Below are positions 18,491 to 28,081 of a stretch of DNA of 64,000 bases, one piece after another. Under the pieces are notes generated by a model, which searched no databases, was not told the DNA's origin, and was given only the letters and a program-made list of their open reading frames with translations. Both the position numbers and the translations under genes were made by a program. This DNA comes from an uncultured Eubacteriales bacterium (GTDB lineage Bacteria; Acidobacteriota; Aminicenantia; Aminicenantales; Saccharicenantaceae), in the NCBI GenBank assembly GCA_964652895.1, contig CAZZCH010000001.1, positions 4,814 through 68,813 of the forward strand, read 5' to 3'. Each line of letters opens with the position of its first letter. Position 1 is the stretch's first letter.

Positions 18491-19780
18491 ATGCGAAGAC
18501 ACCTCGGAATACTGCTCGTCCTGGTCCTGGGCGTTTCGAGCCTGGCCGCCGCCATTAGGCAGGACCAGCCCGCCATCGACGAGCTGAAGAAGACCGCGCT
18601 CAAGGTCTACCTGGATTGTGACAGCTGCGACCTCGCCTATATCAAGACCGAGATCACCTTCGTCAACTACGTCCGGGACCGGCTCGAAGCCCAGGTCCAC
18701 GTCCTGATCACGACCCAGGCGACGGGCGGGGGCGGGCGGGAATACACCCTGACTTTCATGGGCCAGAACAGCTGCCGGGACCTCACCGACGTCCAGAAAT
18801 ACTTTTCGATGAAAACGGACACCGAGGACGACGTCCGGCGCGGCCTGGTCAAAACCCTGAAGCTGGGGCTGATGAGCTTCGTCGGCCGGACGCCGATCTC
18901 CTGCCGCATCGCCGTCGACTACTCCCGGCCCGACGCGGCCGGGCCGAGCCGAGACCGCTGGAATTCCTGGGTCTTCAGCCTCACGGGCAGCGGGTACTTT
19001 TCGGGCGAGGAGACTTATATGAGCCGGATGGCCGACGTCTCCTTCTCGGCCAACCGGATCACTCCGAAATCGAAGGTCCGGCTGGGGATGTCCGTCGACA
19101 CGTCGAAGACACAATACGACATCGATGACGAGATCATCACCGGCACCAAATCGAGCTGGGACGGGAGCGGCCTCTACGTCAAGAGCCTGGGCGAGCACTG
19201 GTCCACGGGCGTCTTCTTCGAGGCCGCGTCCTCCCTCTACAGCAACATCGACCTCGGCGTCACGGCCGCGCCCGCCCTCGAATACAATGTTTTTCCCTAT
19301 TCCCAGTCGACGCGAAGGCAGCTCCGCCTCCTTTACAAGCTGAGCGTGAACCCCGTCAAATACCGGGAAGCGACGGTCTTCGACAAGACCCGGGAAATCC
19401 TCTTCAAGGAGTCCCTGGAGACCAGTCTGGACCTCCGCGAAAAGTGGGGCACGATCAGCGTCAGCGCCGCGGGCTCCCATTACTTCCATGATCTCAGCAA
19501 GTACCACGTGGACTCCTTCGGCATCGTCAGCCTCCGGCTCTACAAGGGTTTCAGCGTCTTTATCTTGGGGGGGTACTCCTGGATCCATGATCAGCTCTCC
19601 CTGCTCGGCCGGGAGCCGACCTTTGAGGAGCAACTGCTCCGGCTGCGCGAGCTGCCGATGAACAGCAACTATTTCGTCTCCTTCGGCTTCCAGTTCACTT
19701 TCGGCTCCATCTTCACCAACGTCATCAACCCCCGCTTTGGATCGTCCGGCAGCGGCGGCATGAGCATCAGCATCCAATAG
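18491..19780 (+). CDS. secreted protein of unknown function (putative outer-membrane beta-barrel), paralog A
   Basis: AAAGGAG SD and a signal peptide (MRRHLGILLVLVLGVSSLAAA). The C-terminal ~250 aa has alternating amphipathic strands and ends NPRFGSSGSGGMSISIQ. It is 45-50% identical over long stretches to the next gene. Confidence 0.6.
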   Translation: MRRHLGILLVLVLGVSSLAAAIRQDQPAIDELKKTALKVYLDCDSCDLAYIKTEITFVNYVRDRLEAQVHVLITTQATGGGGREYTLTFMGQNSCRDLTDVQKYFSMKTDTEDDVRRGLVKTLKLGLMSFVGRTPISCRIAVDYSRPDAAGPSRDRWNSWVFSLTGSGYFSGEETYMSRMADVSFSANRITPKSKVRLGMSVDTSKTQYDIDDEIITGTKSSWDGSGLYVKSLGEHWSTGVFFEAASSLYSNIDLGVTAAPALEYNVFPYSQSTRRQLRLLYKLSVNPVKYREATVFDKTREILFKESLETSLDLREKWGTISVSAAGSHYFHDLSKYHVDSFGIVSLRLYKGFSVFILGGYSWIHDQLSLLGREPTFEEQLLRLRELPMNSNYFVSFGFQFTFGSIFTNVINPRFGSSGSGGMSISIQ

Positions 19781-19807
19781 AGCGATATGAGCGGCAAGGA
19801 TATGACC

Positions 19808-21094
19808 ATGAAAAACCCGAACCTAAGGATCGCGGCCCTCCTCACGGCGCTCGTCTTTTCCTTCGTCATCCCCGCGGGCGCGCAAGTCCCCCCGCCCAAG
19901 CCGGCCAGCCCTCCGCCCGTGCCCAGGATCTTCCTCGACTGGCCCGGCGCGGACATGGAGTTCTTCCGGAGCGAGATTCCCTTCGTCGAATTCGTCGCCG
20001 GTCTCGAAGAGGCCCAGGTCCACGTCGTCGTCAGGCCGGAGAGGGTCGGCGACCGGGATGGTTTCGCCGTGGACTTCTCCGGCCTTCGGGAGTTCCAGGG
20101 TGAGAACAACACCCTGCCTTATGTCCCTCTTCCATCGGATAAGCCCGAGGACGTCAAGAAGGGCCTGGCCGGCATCGTCAAGATCGGCCTGTTGCGCTAC
20201 GCCACAAAGACGCCCGTCGGAAAGGACCTCTCGGTCCGGTTCCTGGACCAGACGAAACCGACCTCCGTCGTGGACAAGTGGGATTTCTGGGTCTTCAGCC
20301 TCAGCGCCAACTCCTTCCTCATGGGCGAAACACAATATCGGGATTCGTCGTACTATGGCTCTTTCTCGGCCAGCCGGGTGACGCCTGAACTCAAGATCCG
20401 GACGTCCGTCTATGGCAACCTCTCGAAATCATGGTTCGACCTCGGCGACGAGATCTACGAAAGTTCGTCCCACGGCTACGGCTTTTCCGGCCTCGTCGTC
20501 AAAAGTCTGGGCAAGCACTGGTCGGCGGGGGCTTTCCTCAGCGTCGAGTCCTCGACCTATTCCAACCTCAAGTTCAGCATCAGCGCGGCCCCGGCCCTCG
20601 AATTCAACGTCTTTCCCTACGACGAATCGACGAAAAGGCAGCTCCGGGCCCTCTACCGGATCGGTTACACGGGAACCCGATACAACGAGGAGACGATCTT
20701 CTTCAAGACGTCCGAAAGCCTCCTCCAGGAATCCCTCTCCTGGGTCTACGAGGTCGTCCGGCCCTGGGGGAACGCCACCATCCAGCTCGAAGGCTCTCAC
20801 TTTTTCCACGATTTCAGCAAGAATAGGGTCCAGTTAGAAGGCGAGGTGTCGTTCCGGGTCTGGCGGGGCCTGAGCTTCGAGGTCGGCGGCCGCTATTCCC
20901 TGATCCACGACCAGCTCACCCTGCCGAACGGCGGGGCGACCTACGAGGAGATCCTCCTGCGCCAGAAACAACTGGCCACCGGCTACGACTACTCGGTCTC
21001 CGTCGGGGTGAGTTTTTCGTTCGGCTCGACGCGGAGCAACGTCGTCAACCCGCGCTTCGGCAACGGGGGCAGGGGCATTTCGATCAGCATGTAA
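19808..21094 (+). CDS. secreted protein of unknown function (putative outer-membrane beta-barrel), paralog B
   Basis: AAGGA SD and a signal peptide (MKNPNLRIAALLTALVFSFVIPAGA). It shares the conserved block SS.YSN....I.AAPALE(Y/F)NVFPY..ST.RQLR.LY and the NPRFG...ISI C-terminus with 18491..19780. Confidence 0.6.
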   Translation: MKNPNLRIAALLTALVFSFVIPAGAQVPPPKPASPPPVPRIFLDWPGADMEFFRSEIPFVEFVAGLEEAQVHVVVRPERVGDRDGFAVDFSGLREFQGENNTLPYVPLPSDKPEDVKKGLAGIVKIGLLRYATKTPVGKDLSVRFLDQTKPTSVVDKWDFWVFSLSANSFLMGETQYRDSSYYGSFSASRVTPELKIRTSVYGNLSKSWFDLGDEIYESSSHGYGFSGLVVKSLGKHWSAGAFLSVESSTYSNLKFSISAAPALEFNVFPYDESTKRQLRALYRIGYTGTRYNEETIFFKTSESLLQESLSWVYEVVRPWGNATIQLEGSHFFHDFSKNRVQLEGEVSFRVWRGLSFEVGGRYSLIHDQLTLPNGGATYEEILLRQKQLATGYDYSVSVGVSFSFGSTRSNVVNPRFGNGGRGISISM

Positions 21095-21198
21095 AAGACC
21101 CGTGTCCAGCCGGGGGCCTTGTTTTCATCGGGCTAAGTCTTTACCATAAACGGCGAATCGGCTTCAGCCGGAACGACCCGATGGAGGAGGTCTGAGAT

Positions 21199-23088
21199 AT
21201 GTCCGTGAAACCCGTCAAGCCCGTCCCGAGCGACATCGATATCGCCCAGGCCACCGAGCTCCTCCCCATCGTCAAAGTGGCCGCCGAACTCGGCCTCGGC
21301 GAGGACGACCTGGACCTTTATGGCAAAACCAAGGCCAAGATCCACCTCGACGTCCTCGATCGGATGAAGGACCGCCCCCGGGGCCACTACGTCGACGTGA
21401 CGGCCATCACGCCGACGCCGCTCGGCGAAGGCAAGACGACGACCACGGTCGGTCTCGGCCAGGCCCTCGGCGCCCACCTCGGGAAAAAAGTCGTCACCGT
21501 CGTCCGCCAGCCCAGCATGGGGCCGACCTTCGGCATCAAGGGCGGGGCGGCGGGAGGCGGCTATTCCCAGGTGGTCCCGATGGAGGACTTCAACCTCCAT
21601 CTGACGGGCGACATCCATGCTGTCACGGTCTCCAACGACCTCCTGGCCGCAGCCATCGACGCCCGCATCCTCCACGAGTATTACCAGGATGACGACAAGC
21701 TGTTCGGCGCCTTCTGTCCGGCCGACAAGCAGGGCCGGCGGCGGTTCTCTCCGACAATGCTGCGGCGCCTCAAGAAATTGGGCATCGCCAAGACGAATCC
21801 CGCCGACCTGACGCCGGAGGAGAAGCGCCGCATGTTCCGGCTCGACATCGACCCGGCCAGCATCACCTGGAACCGCGTCATCGACGTCAACGATCGTTTC
21901 CTCCGGAGGATCAAGATCGGACTCGGCCCGGAGGAGCTGGGACTGGCCAGGGAGACGGGTTACGATATTTCCGTGGCCTCCGAGATCATGGCCGTTCTGG
22001 CCCTGACGACGGGCCTCGAGGACATGCGCGAAAGGTTGGGTCGCATGGTCATCGGCACCAGCCGGGCCGGCGAACCGGTCACCGCCGAGGACCTGGGCGT
22101 GGCCGGCGCCCTGGCCGTCCTGATGAAGGACGCCCTCCTTCCCAACCTTATGCAGACGATCGAGAACACGCCGGCCATCGTCCATGCCGGGCCCTTCGCC
22201 AACATCGCCCACGGCAACTCATCGATCATCGCCGACCAGATCGCCCTGCGTCTCGTCGGCAAGGACGGTTTCGTCGTCACGGAATCGGGCTTCGGGGCCG
22301 ACTGCGGCATGGAAAAGTTCATGAACATCAAATGCCGGACGAGCGGGCTCGTCCCGGACTGCGTCGTCATCGTGGCCACCATCCGCGCCCTCAAGATGCA
22401 CGGCGGCGGGCCCAAGGTCCTGGCCGGGAGGCCCCTCGCCCCCGAATACACGGACGAAAACCTTGGATTGCTGGGCAAAGGGCTGCCCAATTTGGCGGCC
22501 CACATCAAGAACGCGATCGGCTTCGGCGTTCCCGTCGTCGTCGCCATCAACCGGTTCACCTCGGACACGGACGCCGAGATCGAGATGGCGCGGAAGTCCG
22601 CCCTCGAGGCGGGGGCCGAGGATGCCGTCATGTCCGACCACTGGGCCGAAGGCGGGGCCGGAGCCGTCGCCTTGGCCGAGGCCGTCATCGCGGCCTGCGC
22701 CAACCCCGGGCACTTCCGCTTCCTCTATCCGCTCGACTGGGACATCAAGAAGAAGATCGAGACGATCGCGACGCGGATCTACGGCGCCGCCGGCGTCGAT
22801 TACACGCCGGCGGCCGAGGCCAAGATCAAGCTCTACACCCGGCTGGGCTTCGACAAGCTGCCGATCTGCATGGCCAAGACGCACCTCAGCCTGAGCCACA
22901 ATCCAGCCTGGAAGGGTGTTCCCAAGGATTACCGGCTTCCCGTCCGCGATATCAAGGCGAGCGTCGGCGCCGGCTTTCTCTACCCCCTCTGCGGGAACAT
23001 CAGGACCATGCCCGGGCTGCCGACCCGGCCGGCGTTCTATGACGTCGACATCGACCTCGCGACCGGAAAGGTGACCGGGCTGTTCTGA
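21199..23088 (+). CDS. fhs: formate--tetrahydrofolate ligase
   Basis: [16 protein letters not shown]-loop and full-length FTHFS similarity. It has the ~70-aa insertion ([14 protein letters not shown]...) also found in eukaryotic C1-THF synthase and a subset of bacterial Fhs. GGAGGAGG SD. Confidence 0.9.
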   Translation: MSVKPVKPVPSDIDIAQATELLPIVKVAAELGLGEDDLDLYGKTKAKIHLDVLDRMKDRPRGHYVDVTAITPTPLGEGKTTTTVGLGQALGAHLGKKVVTVVRQPSMGPTFGIKGGAAGGGYSQVVPMEDFNLHLTGDIHAVTVSNDLLAAAIDARILHEYYQDDDKLFGAFCPADKQGRRRFSPTMLRRLKKLGIAKTNPADLTPEEKRRMFRLDIDPASITWNRVIDVNDRFLRRIKIGLGPEELGLARETGYDISVASEIMAVLALTTGLEDMRERLGRMVIGTSRAGEPVTAEDLGVAGALAVLMKDALLPNLMQTIENTPAIVHAGPFANIAHGNSSIIADQIALRLVGKDGFVVTESGFGADCGMEKFMNIKCRTSGLVPDCVVIVATIRALKMHGGGPKVLAGRPLAPEYTDENLGLLGKGLPNLAAHIKNAIGFGVPVVVAINRFTSDTDAEIEMARKSALEAGAEDAVMSDHWAEGGAGAVALAEAVIAACANPGHFRFLYPLDWDIKKKIETIATRIYGAAGVDYTPAAEAKIKLYTRLGFDKLPICMAKTHLSLSHNPAWKGVPKDYRLPVRDIKASVGAGFLYPLCGNIRTMPGLPTRPAFYDVDIDLATGKVTGLF

Positions 23089-23124
23089 ACTCGAAAAAAA
23101 AAGAGGAGGAGTGAAGCGCGCGGC

Positions 23125-23895
23125 CTACCGGGAGCGGATGACCCGGCCCTTGACTCCTGAGACGTCGACGCCGCCGCTTCCCGTATTGATCAGGCGAACG
23201 TCCTTGTCCACATCCTTGATGTCGATGCCGCCCGACCCGTCGTCCACGGTCACGATCCCGCCGACCCGGCGGACGAGGATCTCGCCAGACCCGTCGTCGA
23301 TCGTGACGTCACCCGTCACGTCCCGGATTTCCATCCCGCCGGAGCCATCGTCGATCTCCAGGTTCCCCTCGATACGCTCGACGGTCATTTCTCCCGAACC
23401 GTCGTCGATCCGGACGTTGCCGGCGACGCGAGCGACGCGGATCCCGCCGGAGCCGTCCTCGATCCGGACGGTGGAGGCCAGGTCCTCCACGACCATGTTG
23501 CCCGAGCCGTCGTCGATATCGAGGGCCATGGTTTTCGGGACCATAACGGTCAGGTCAATCCGTGCGTTATCACCGAAGTGGAAGAGCCGGTTGCTATCAC
23601 GGATACGGCCTGTAAGGACCGCGACATCTCCCTTTTTTTCGAGGGTCAGTTCGACGCGGTCGCGAAGATATTCCTCCATGTCCTTGTCCCGGACGCCCGG
23701 TGCGACCACCTCGGCCTTGACCTCGATCGCGGCCAGCCCTTCGCGGCCCGTGATCGCAAGCGAGCCGGCGCCCGCCCTGACGTCGAGGCGCAGGATGCCC
23801 TGGGCCGGCAGGTTCAGGGTCTTCGTCGTCTCGAAAGCGGACAACGCCCCTGCCGAAGCCACGCCAAGCATGATGAGAACGAGTGTTTTTTTCAT
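23125..23895 (-). CDS. DUF4097-like repeat protein (YvlB-type putative adhesin) with a signal peptide
   Basis: Eight or more tandem ~19-aa repeats with the core IDDGSGG(I/M). The ATG at 23895 is preceded by a GGAGG SD. Confidence 0.6.
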   Translation of the reverse strand: MKKTLVLIMLGVASAGALSAFETTKTLNLPAQGILRLDVRAGAGSLAITGREGLAAIEVKAEVVAPGVRDKDMEEYLRDRVELTLEKKGDVAVLTGRIRDSNRLFHFGDNARIDLTVMVPKTMALDIDDGSGNMVVEDLASTVRIEDGSGGIRVARVAGNVRIDDGSGEMTVERIEGNLEIDDGSGGMEIRDVTGDVTIDDGSGEILVRRVGGIVTVDDGSGGIDIKDVDKDVRLINTGSGGVDVSGVKGRVIRSR

Positions 23896-23987
23896 GGAAA
23901 CCTCCATCCGTCAACCTTATAGACGGGAGGCGCGACGCAAAGGTTCCCCTCCAGGAGCGGAGAAAAGCGGAATCGGGAGAAGAACCG

Positions 23988-24021
23988 AAAAAAAAGGGGC
24001 CGGCCCCGGAAGGACCGGCCC
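23988..24021 (-). terminator. Rho-independent terminator downstream of the carboxypeptidase gene
   Basis: On the minus strand, a GGGGCCGG...CCGGCCCC stem is followed by eight U. It lies 20 nt after the stop at 24041. Confidence 0.55.
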
Positions 24022-24040
24022 CCCGTAAAGAAGGGGAGAA

Positions 24041-25825
24041 CTATTTGAGAGTGATCGTTTTGGAGGCTTTCCCGCCCTTGACGCTGTCATAGGCCACCGT
24101 CACCGTCCCGGCCCCCTTGACAAGCAGCATGGCCGTCCGGGTGGTCTTCCCCGGGTGCCCGTTGCGGATGATGATCCGCTTGAGGTCCTTCTGGTCGATG
24201 AGCTGCGTCACAGAAGGGTTAATCTTGTAGAGCGTCTTGTTGTCGATGAAGCTGGCCGCGATGACCTCGACGCTTTTGCCATCGACGAGCAGGAGGTCCG
24301 GCCGGACGACGTTGTTCTGGGCGGCCCGGGCCATGATCGTCGGCGTTACCTTGGGGTTGGTGATATCGACGAAGACCCGGTAGACATCGCCGCCGATCTT
24401 CTCCACCGAAGTCTCGCCCATCTGGATGAGCGGCATCTCGTCGGCCTGATAGAGGGAGAAGGCCATATTGCGGTGACAGAGCTCCTCGTTCATGAACCGC
24501 GGCGGAACACGTCCCTGGTATTTTTTCCAGACGCCGCCCATCTCGACCTTGCCGAACTGGGGGTGATCGAAGGGTTTCCACTCAACGTATTCATCTCCGA
24601 ACTCGAGATATTTATCGAAATAATACCGGGAGACGTTCGGGGCGATGGGGCTCCGGGGATCGGCCTGTTGCGCCTTGAGCTCGGGGCTCGTGAAATACTG
24701 CTCGCCGTTCCACAGCTCATTCGAGAACGAGGGGATGCCCAACCCGTCGTTCGTCCAGTCGATAAAGCCGCCGTGGACCGTATAGAGGCCGCTCCAGATG
24801 ACGACATAGTTGTAGAAGGGCAGAATGCGCTCTCCGTTCTGGCCGAGTTCGTCGTAGAAGCGGACGTCACTCATCGGGTATTCGCCGGCGGTCTCGGAGC
24901 CGGGGCCGCGGAGGATCATGCCGGCGCTGTTGTGGTAGGATTGGACGCCGCAGATGTTCGGGTGGGCCATCAGGAAATTATTGACCGCCCGGGCCTCGGG
25001 GAGCTGGAAGGGGTAGTCCATGGCCCCGCTCTGGATATAGTCCGGCTGCCAATCGCTCGCCCAGTTCCGATTGGGGTCGTAGCTGCCCGGGCCGTCCTCG
25101 TTGACCCTCCCGTCGCCGTCGTTGTCGATGCCTTCGGAGCCGAGCAGGATATAATCTCCTGTTTCGCCGAAGGGCACGGGTTCGAGGACGTTCGGGTTCG
25201 TCCGGCTGATCCGATAGTTGCCGCGGCCGGGAACGAGCATCCGGATCTGCTCGACGATGCCATTGCCGTTGATGTCTTCCGCCGGATCTTCGTCGACGAG
25301 GCCGTCATTGTCGTCGTCGACGGGGACGTGCCCCGTGCGGGCGTTGCCCCCGGGCCCTTCCATGAAATACTGCCGCCCGTCGGGGTTGACCGTCGGGATG
25401 ATGTAGAAGACGCGCTCGTCGACGAGCCGGGTGACGTCGTCGATCCGGCCGTAGTTTTCCATGAGGTACCAGATCGTATAGAGACAGATCTCGCCGCCCT
25501 GGATCTCGTTGCCGTGGACGTTGGCTTCGATGTACATGGCCGCCTTGCCCGCCTCCGGGCCCGTGGCCGGGTTGTTGATGGTCATAAGCATCAGGTCGCG
25601 GCCCTCGAAGCTCTTGCCGATGGACTCGAGTTTGAGAAATTTGGGGAAGGCGGCCTGGAGCCTTTTCATGTCCGCGGAAAGTTCGCCAACGTCGTGCCAG
25701 CGGTTGAAATCGAGCTTGACCTTAAAGGCCGGGTCCGAGGCCTTTTGGGCGGGAGCCGGGCCGGCCATCAAGGCCAATCCGGCCGCGCCGGCCAGGACGA
25801 GGGACAGGATCTTGCGTGTTTTCAT
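24041..25825 (-). CDS. secreted zinc carboxypeptidase, peptidase family M14
   Basis: Signal peptide. The HGNE zinc-binding motif (HxxE) sits in YIEANVHGNEIQGGE. It has the M14 core and a long C-terminal domain. GAGGAGG SD. Confidence 0.8.
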   Translation of the reverse strand: MKTRKILSLVLAGAAGLALMAGPAPAQKASDPAFKVKLDFNRWHDVGELSADMKRLQAAFPKFLKLESIGKSFEGRDLMLMTINNPATGPEAGKAAMYIEANVHGNEIQGGEICLYTIWYLMENYGRIDDVTRLVDERVFYIIPTVNPDGRQYFMEGPGGNARTGHVPVDDDNDGLVDEDPAEDINGNGIVEQIRMLVPGRGNYRISRTNPNVLEPVPFGETGDYILLGSEGIDNDGDGRVNEDGPGSYDPNRNWASDWQPDYIQSGAMDYPFQLPEARAVNNFLMAHPNICGVQSYHNSAGMILRGPGSETAGEYPMSDVRFYDELGQNGERILPFYNYVVIWSGLYTVHGGFIDWTNDGLGIPSFSNELWNGEQYFTSPELKAQQADPRSPIAPNVSRYYFDKYLEFGDEYVEWKPFDHPQFGKVEMGGVWKKYQGRVPPRFMNEELCHRNMAFSLYQADEMPLIQMGETSVEKIGGDVYRVFVDITNPKVTPTIMARAAQNNVVRPDLLLVDGKSVEVIAASFIDNKTLYKINPSVTQLIDQKDLKRIIIRNGHPGKTTRTAMLLVKGAGTVTVAYDSVKGGKASKTITLK

Positions 25826-25838
25826 TGTCGTCCTCCTC

Positions 25839-27941
25839 TCACTTCAGGGTGACTTTGGCCGTGTCCGTCCCGCCTTTTTCCGATTGGACGACAAGTTCCA
25901 CGACCTCGCCGGTTTTTCCCCGGATGAGCCATTCGTACTCCGCCCGCGCCCCCGAACCGGCCAGGACGGGCAGGAAATTGGTTTTAGCGCTTCCCGAAAG
26001 GATCTGCTTCGGGTCCACGCCGAGCTGGACCATGGTCGGCTTGACCGCCCGGGCCGTTTGTCCCTGGGCGAGAGAAGTCGGCCAGAAGCCGGTGTTCTCG
26101 ACCTCCGCCTTGATCCGGAAAATGCCGCCGCCATGGTTGACCGTCTCGATCTTCGCCACCTTCACGCGGGGGAAGAGCGAAGCCAAGTAGAGCGCGAACT
26201 TGGCGTGGGCGCCGCCGAGCTCGGCGATCTTCCCCGCCGGAGCGTTGGTCGCCGCGTAGGGCTTGAACCCGCCGATCTCCACCTCCCCGAGGTCGGGGTG
26301 GTTCGTCTTCGTCCACTTGACGAAACCGTCGATCTTTTCGGCATCCATCCACCTGAGGATTTGCCTGTCGACGCCGGGAGGTCCGGCCTCGGAGGCGCCG
26401 CCGGCCTGCCCCTGGAACATCCGGGCCATGTCGCCGCCGCGCCCGGATTGCATCACTTGCACGGTCTCCTGCCCGCTTCCCGCTCCGGACACAACAACGG
26501 CCGTGACGGAGCCGCCCGCCCTCGACTGCTGCCGGCCTGCCTGTCCGCCCTGAACCTGCTGACCAGCCTCGCCGGCAACAGCCGGGGGCACCGTGCCCAT
26601 GCGGCGCGGACCGGAGGATTCGACTGTCGACAGGCCAAATCCCGGCGTCGAGAAGGAGGGTACGCCGAACTGGAAATAGCCGTACTGGAAGAAAGCGCCT
26701 TGCGGTTCGCGAACGAGGGCCGCTTGACGGATGCCGGTCATTTCGATGTATTTGTCGCTCACGGCCTTGAAGTAATCATAGTCGGCCGGGTTGACCGTCG
26801 TCGCCGGACGCCGGTCGGGCATCTGCATCCGACCGGACGAGGCGGGTTGACCCTGGCGGCTCGATTGACGGCCGCCGCCCATCAGCATTTCGAAGGAAAA
26901 CTCGCCCATGGCGAACCGGCCGCCGCGGCCGAAGCCTCCCCCTGTCTGGATCATGCCTACCGTCCGGGCGCCGACCATCGAAGCGTCCGCGAAACGGACG
27001 AGGTCGAGTTCCCGCGCCGGTCCCAACCGGCCCGCGCTCGTCGGCGGGACGATGAGGTTGTCGCTCTCGCCGAAGGTCAGGATCGCGGCCACGTTGCGGT
27101 GGGCGACAATCCAGTCCATCACGGCCCGGGACTCGGCCTCGCTGACCATGTAGGACCCCGCCTCCGGCTTATAGTAGGGATACTCGTGCGTGAAATTCCG
27201 GTTGATGTCGGTCCCGCCGGGGGGATCCTCGTTGATAAAGCCGTCGCCGTCGTTGTCCTTGCCCTCCCAGAATATCTTGTAGGCGCCGGACTCGCCCTTT
27301 TTCGGGTCGGCTTTTTTCATCAAGCGCGGCTCGTCGGGGTCGATCATGTATTCCCCGTCGTCGGCCTTGACCCTCATGATCGTGATGAAGCCGTCGTTGT
27401 TCAAGTCCTCGGGCCCGTCTTCGTCGATCCGGCCATCGTTGTCGTCGTCACGAGGGTTGGTGTTGGCCTTCTGTCCGGTCTTGACGGGGGCGAAGTAGCC
27501 TTCGGCGCCGTCGGGATTGACCCGGGGAATGACATAGATCGTGGAGTTGTCGAGCCTGTCTTTGACCTCGGCGTTCCCGGGGTAATTATTTAGCAGGAAT
27601 TCGACGGCGGAGAGGGCGATCTCGCTCCCGATGAGGTGGTCGCCCTCGAAATTGGCCGCCACGAGCAGGGCCGGCCGTTTGGCCGGCGGGACGCCGGCCG
27701 GGTTGGCGATCTCCACGGCCCAGATGTCCCGGCCGCCGCGCGTTTTCCCAATGGACGCGACCCGGGCAATCGTCTTATGGGCGCCGGCCAGCGACTGGAG
27801 CGCCGCCGTCATCTCCGCGTAGGTGTGATACCTCGGCGGATCCTGGGCGGCGGCGAAGCCGGCCGCGGCCGCGAACCCCAATACCATTAGGACCGGCAGG
27901 ATCGCCGCCGGACGGTTGAACCTGGCTAGAATTCGACGCAA
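25839..27941 (-). CDS. M14 carboxypeptidase-like paralog with an altered zinc site
   Basis: Homologous to 24041..25825 along its full length. The aligned zinc motif reads ANFEGDHLIGSE (E-x-x-H) rather than H-x-x-E. The likely start is the TTG at 27941, preceded by AAGGAGG, which gives a classic signal peptide (M)RRILARFNRPAAILPVLMVLGFAAAAGFAAA. The track ORF extends to an ATG at 27995. Confidence 0.7.
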   Translation of the reverse strand: MRRILARFNRPAAILPVLMVLGFAAAAGFAAAQDPPRYHTYAEMTAALQSLAGAHKTIARVASIGKTRGGRDIWAVEIANPAGVPPAKRPALLVAANFEGDHLIGSEIALSAVEFLLNNYPGNAEVKDRLDNSTIYVIPRVNPDGAEGYFAPVKTGQKANTNPRDDDNDGRIDEDGPEDLNNDGFITIMRVKADDGEYMIDPDEPRLMKKADPKKGESGAYKIFWEGKDNDGDGFINEDPPGGTDINRNFTHEYPYYKPEAGSYMVSEAESRAVMDWIVAHRNVAAILTFGESDNLIVPPTSAGRLGPARELDLVRFADASMVGARTVGMIQTGGGFGRGGRFAMGEFSFEMLMGGGRQSSRQGQPASSGRMQMPDRRPATTVNPADYDYFKAVSDKYIEMTGIRQAALVREPQGAFFQYGYFQFGVPSFSTPGFGLSTVESSGPRRMGTVPPAVAGEAGQQVQGGQAGRQQSRAGGSVTAVVVSGAGSGQETVQVMQSGRGGDMARMFQGQAGGASEAGPPGVDRQILRWMDAEKIDGFVKWTKTNHPDLGEVEIGGFKPYAATNAPAGKIAELGGAHAKFALYLASLFPRVKVAKIETVNHGGGIFRIKAEVENTGFWPTSLAQGQTARAVKPTMVQLGVDPKQILSGSAKTNFLPVLAGSGARAEYEWLIRGKTGEVVELVVQSEKGGTDTAKVTLK

Positions 27942-28081
27942 GCGGACCTCCTTGATTTTGACGGGGATGTCGGAAGAAGGACACAAATCCATCATTCATA
28001 TTTTTAGACGGGCATCTTATCGCAATCTTCCGGAAAATGATAATATAATGTCCGCGAATGTCCCCAGGAAAGGATCGTCCC

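Noticed and set aside
21199-23088. Fhs is about 70 aa longer than classical bacterial FTHFS. I considered a novel fusion or insertion.
   Set aside because: The inserted segment (…[14 protein letters not shown]…TPEE…LDIDP…) corresponds to a known insertion shared with eukaryotic C1-THF synthase and a subset of bacterial enzymes. It is not novel.
23160-23540. DNA-level tandem repeats (~57 bp) inside the DUF4097 gene.
   Set aside because: They reflect the protein's IDDGSGG beta-strand repeats. They are not an independent repeat element or CRISPR-like array.
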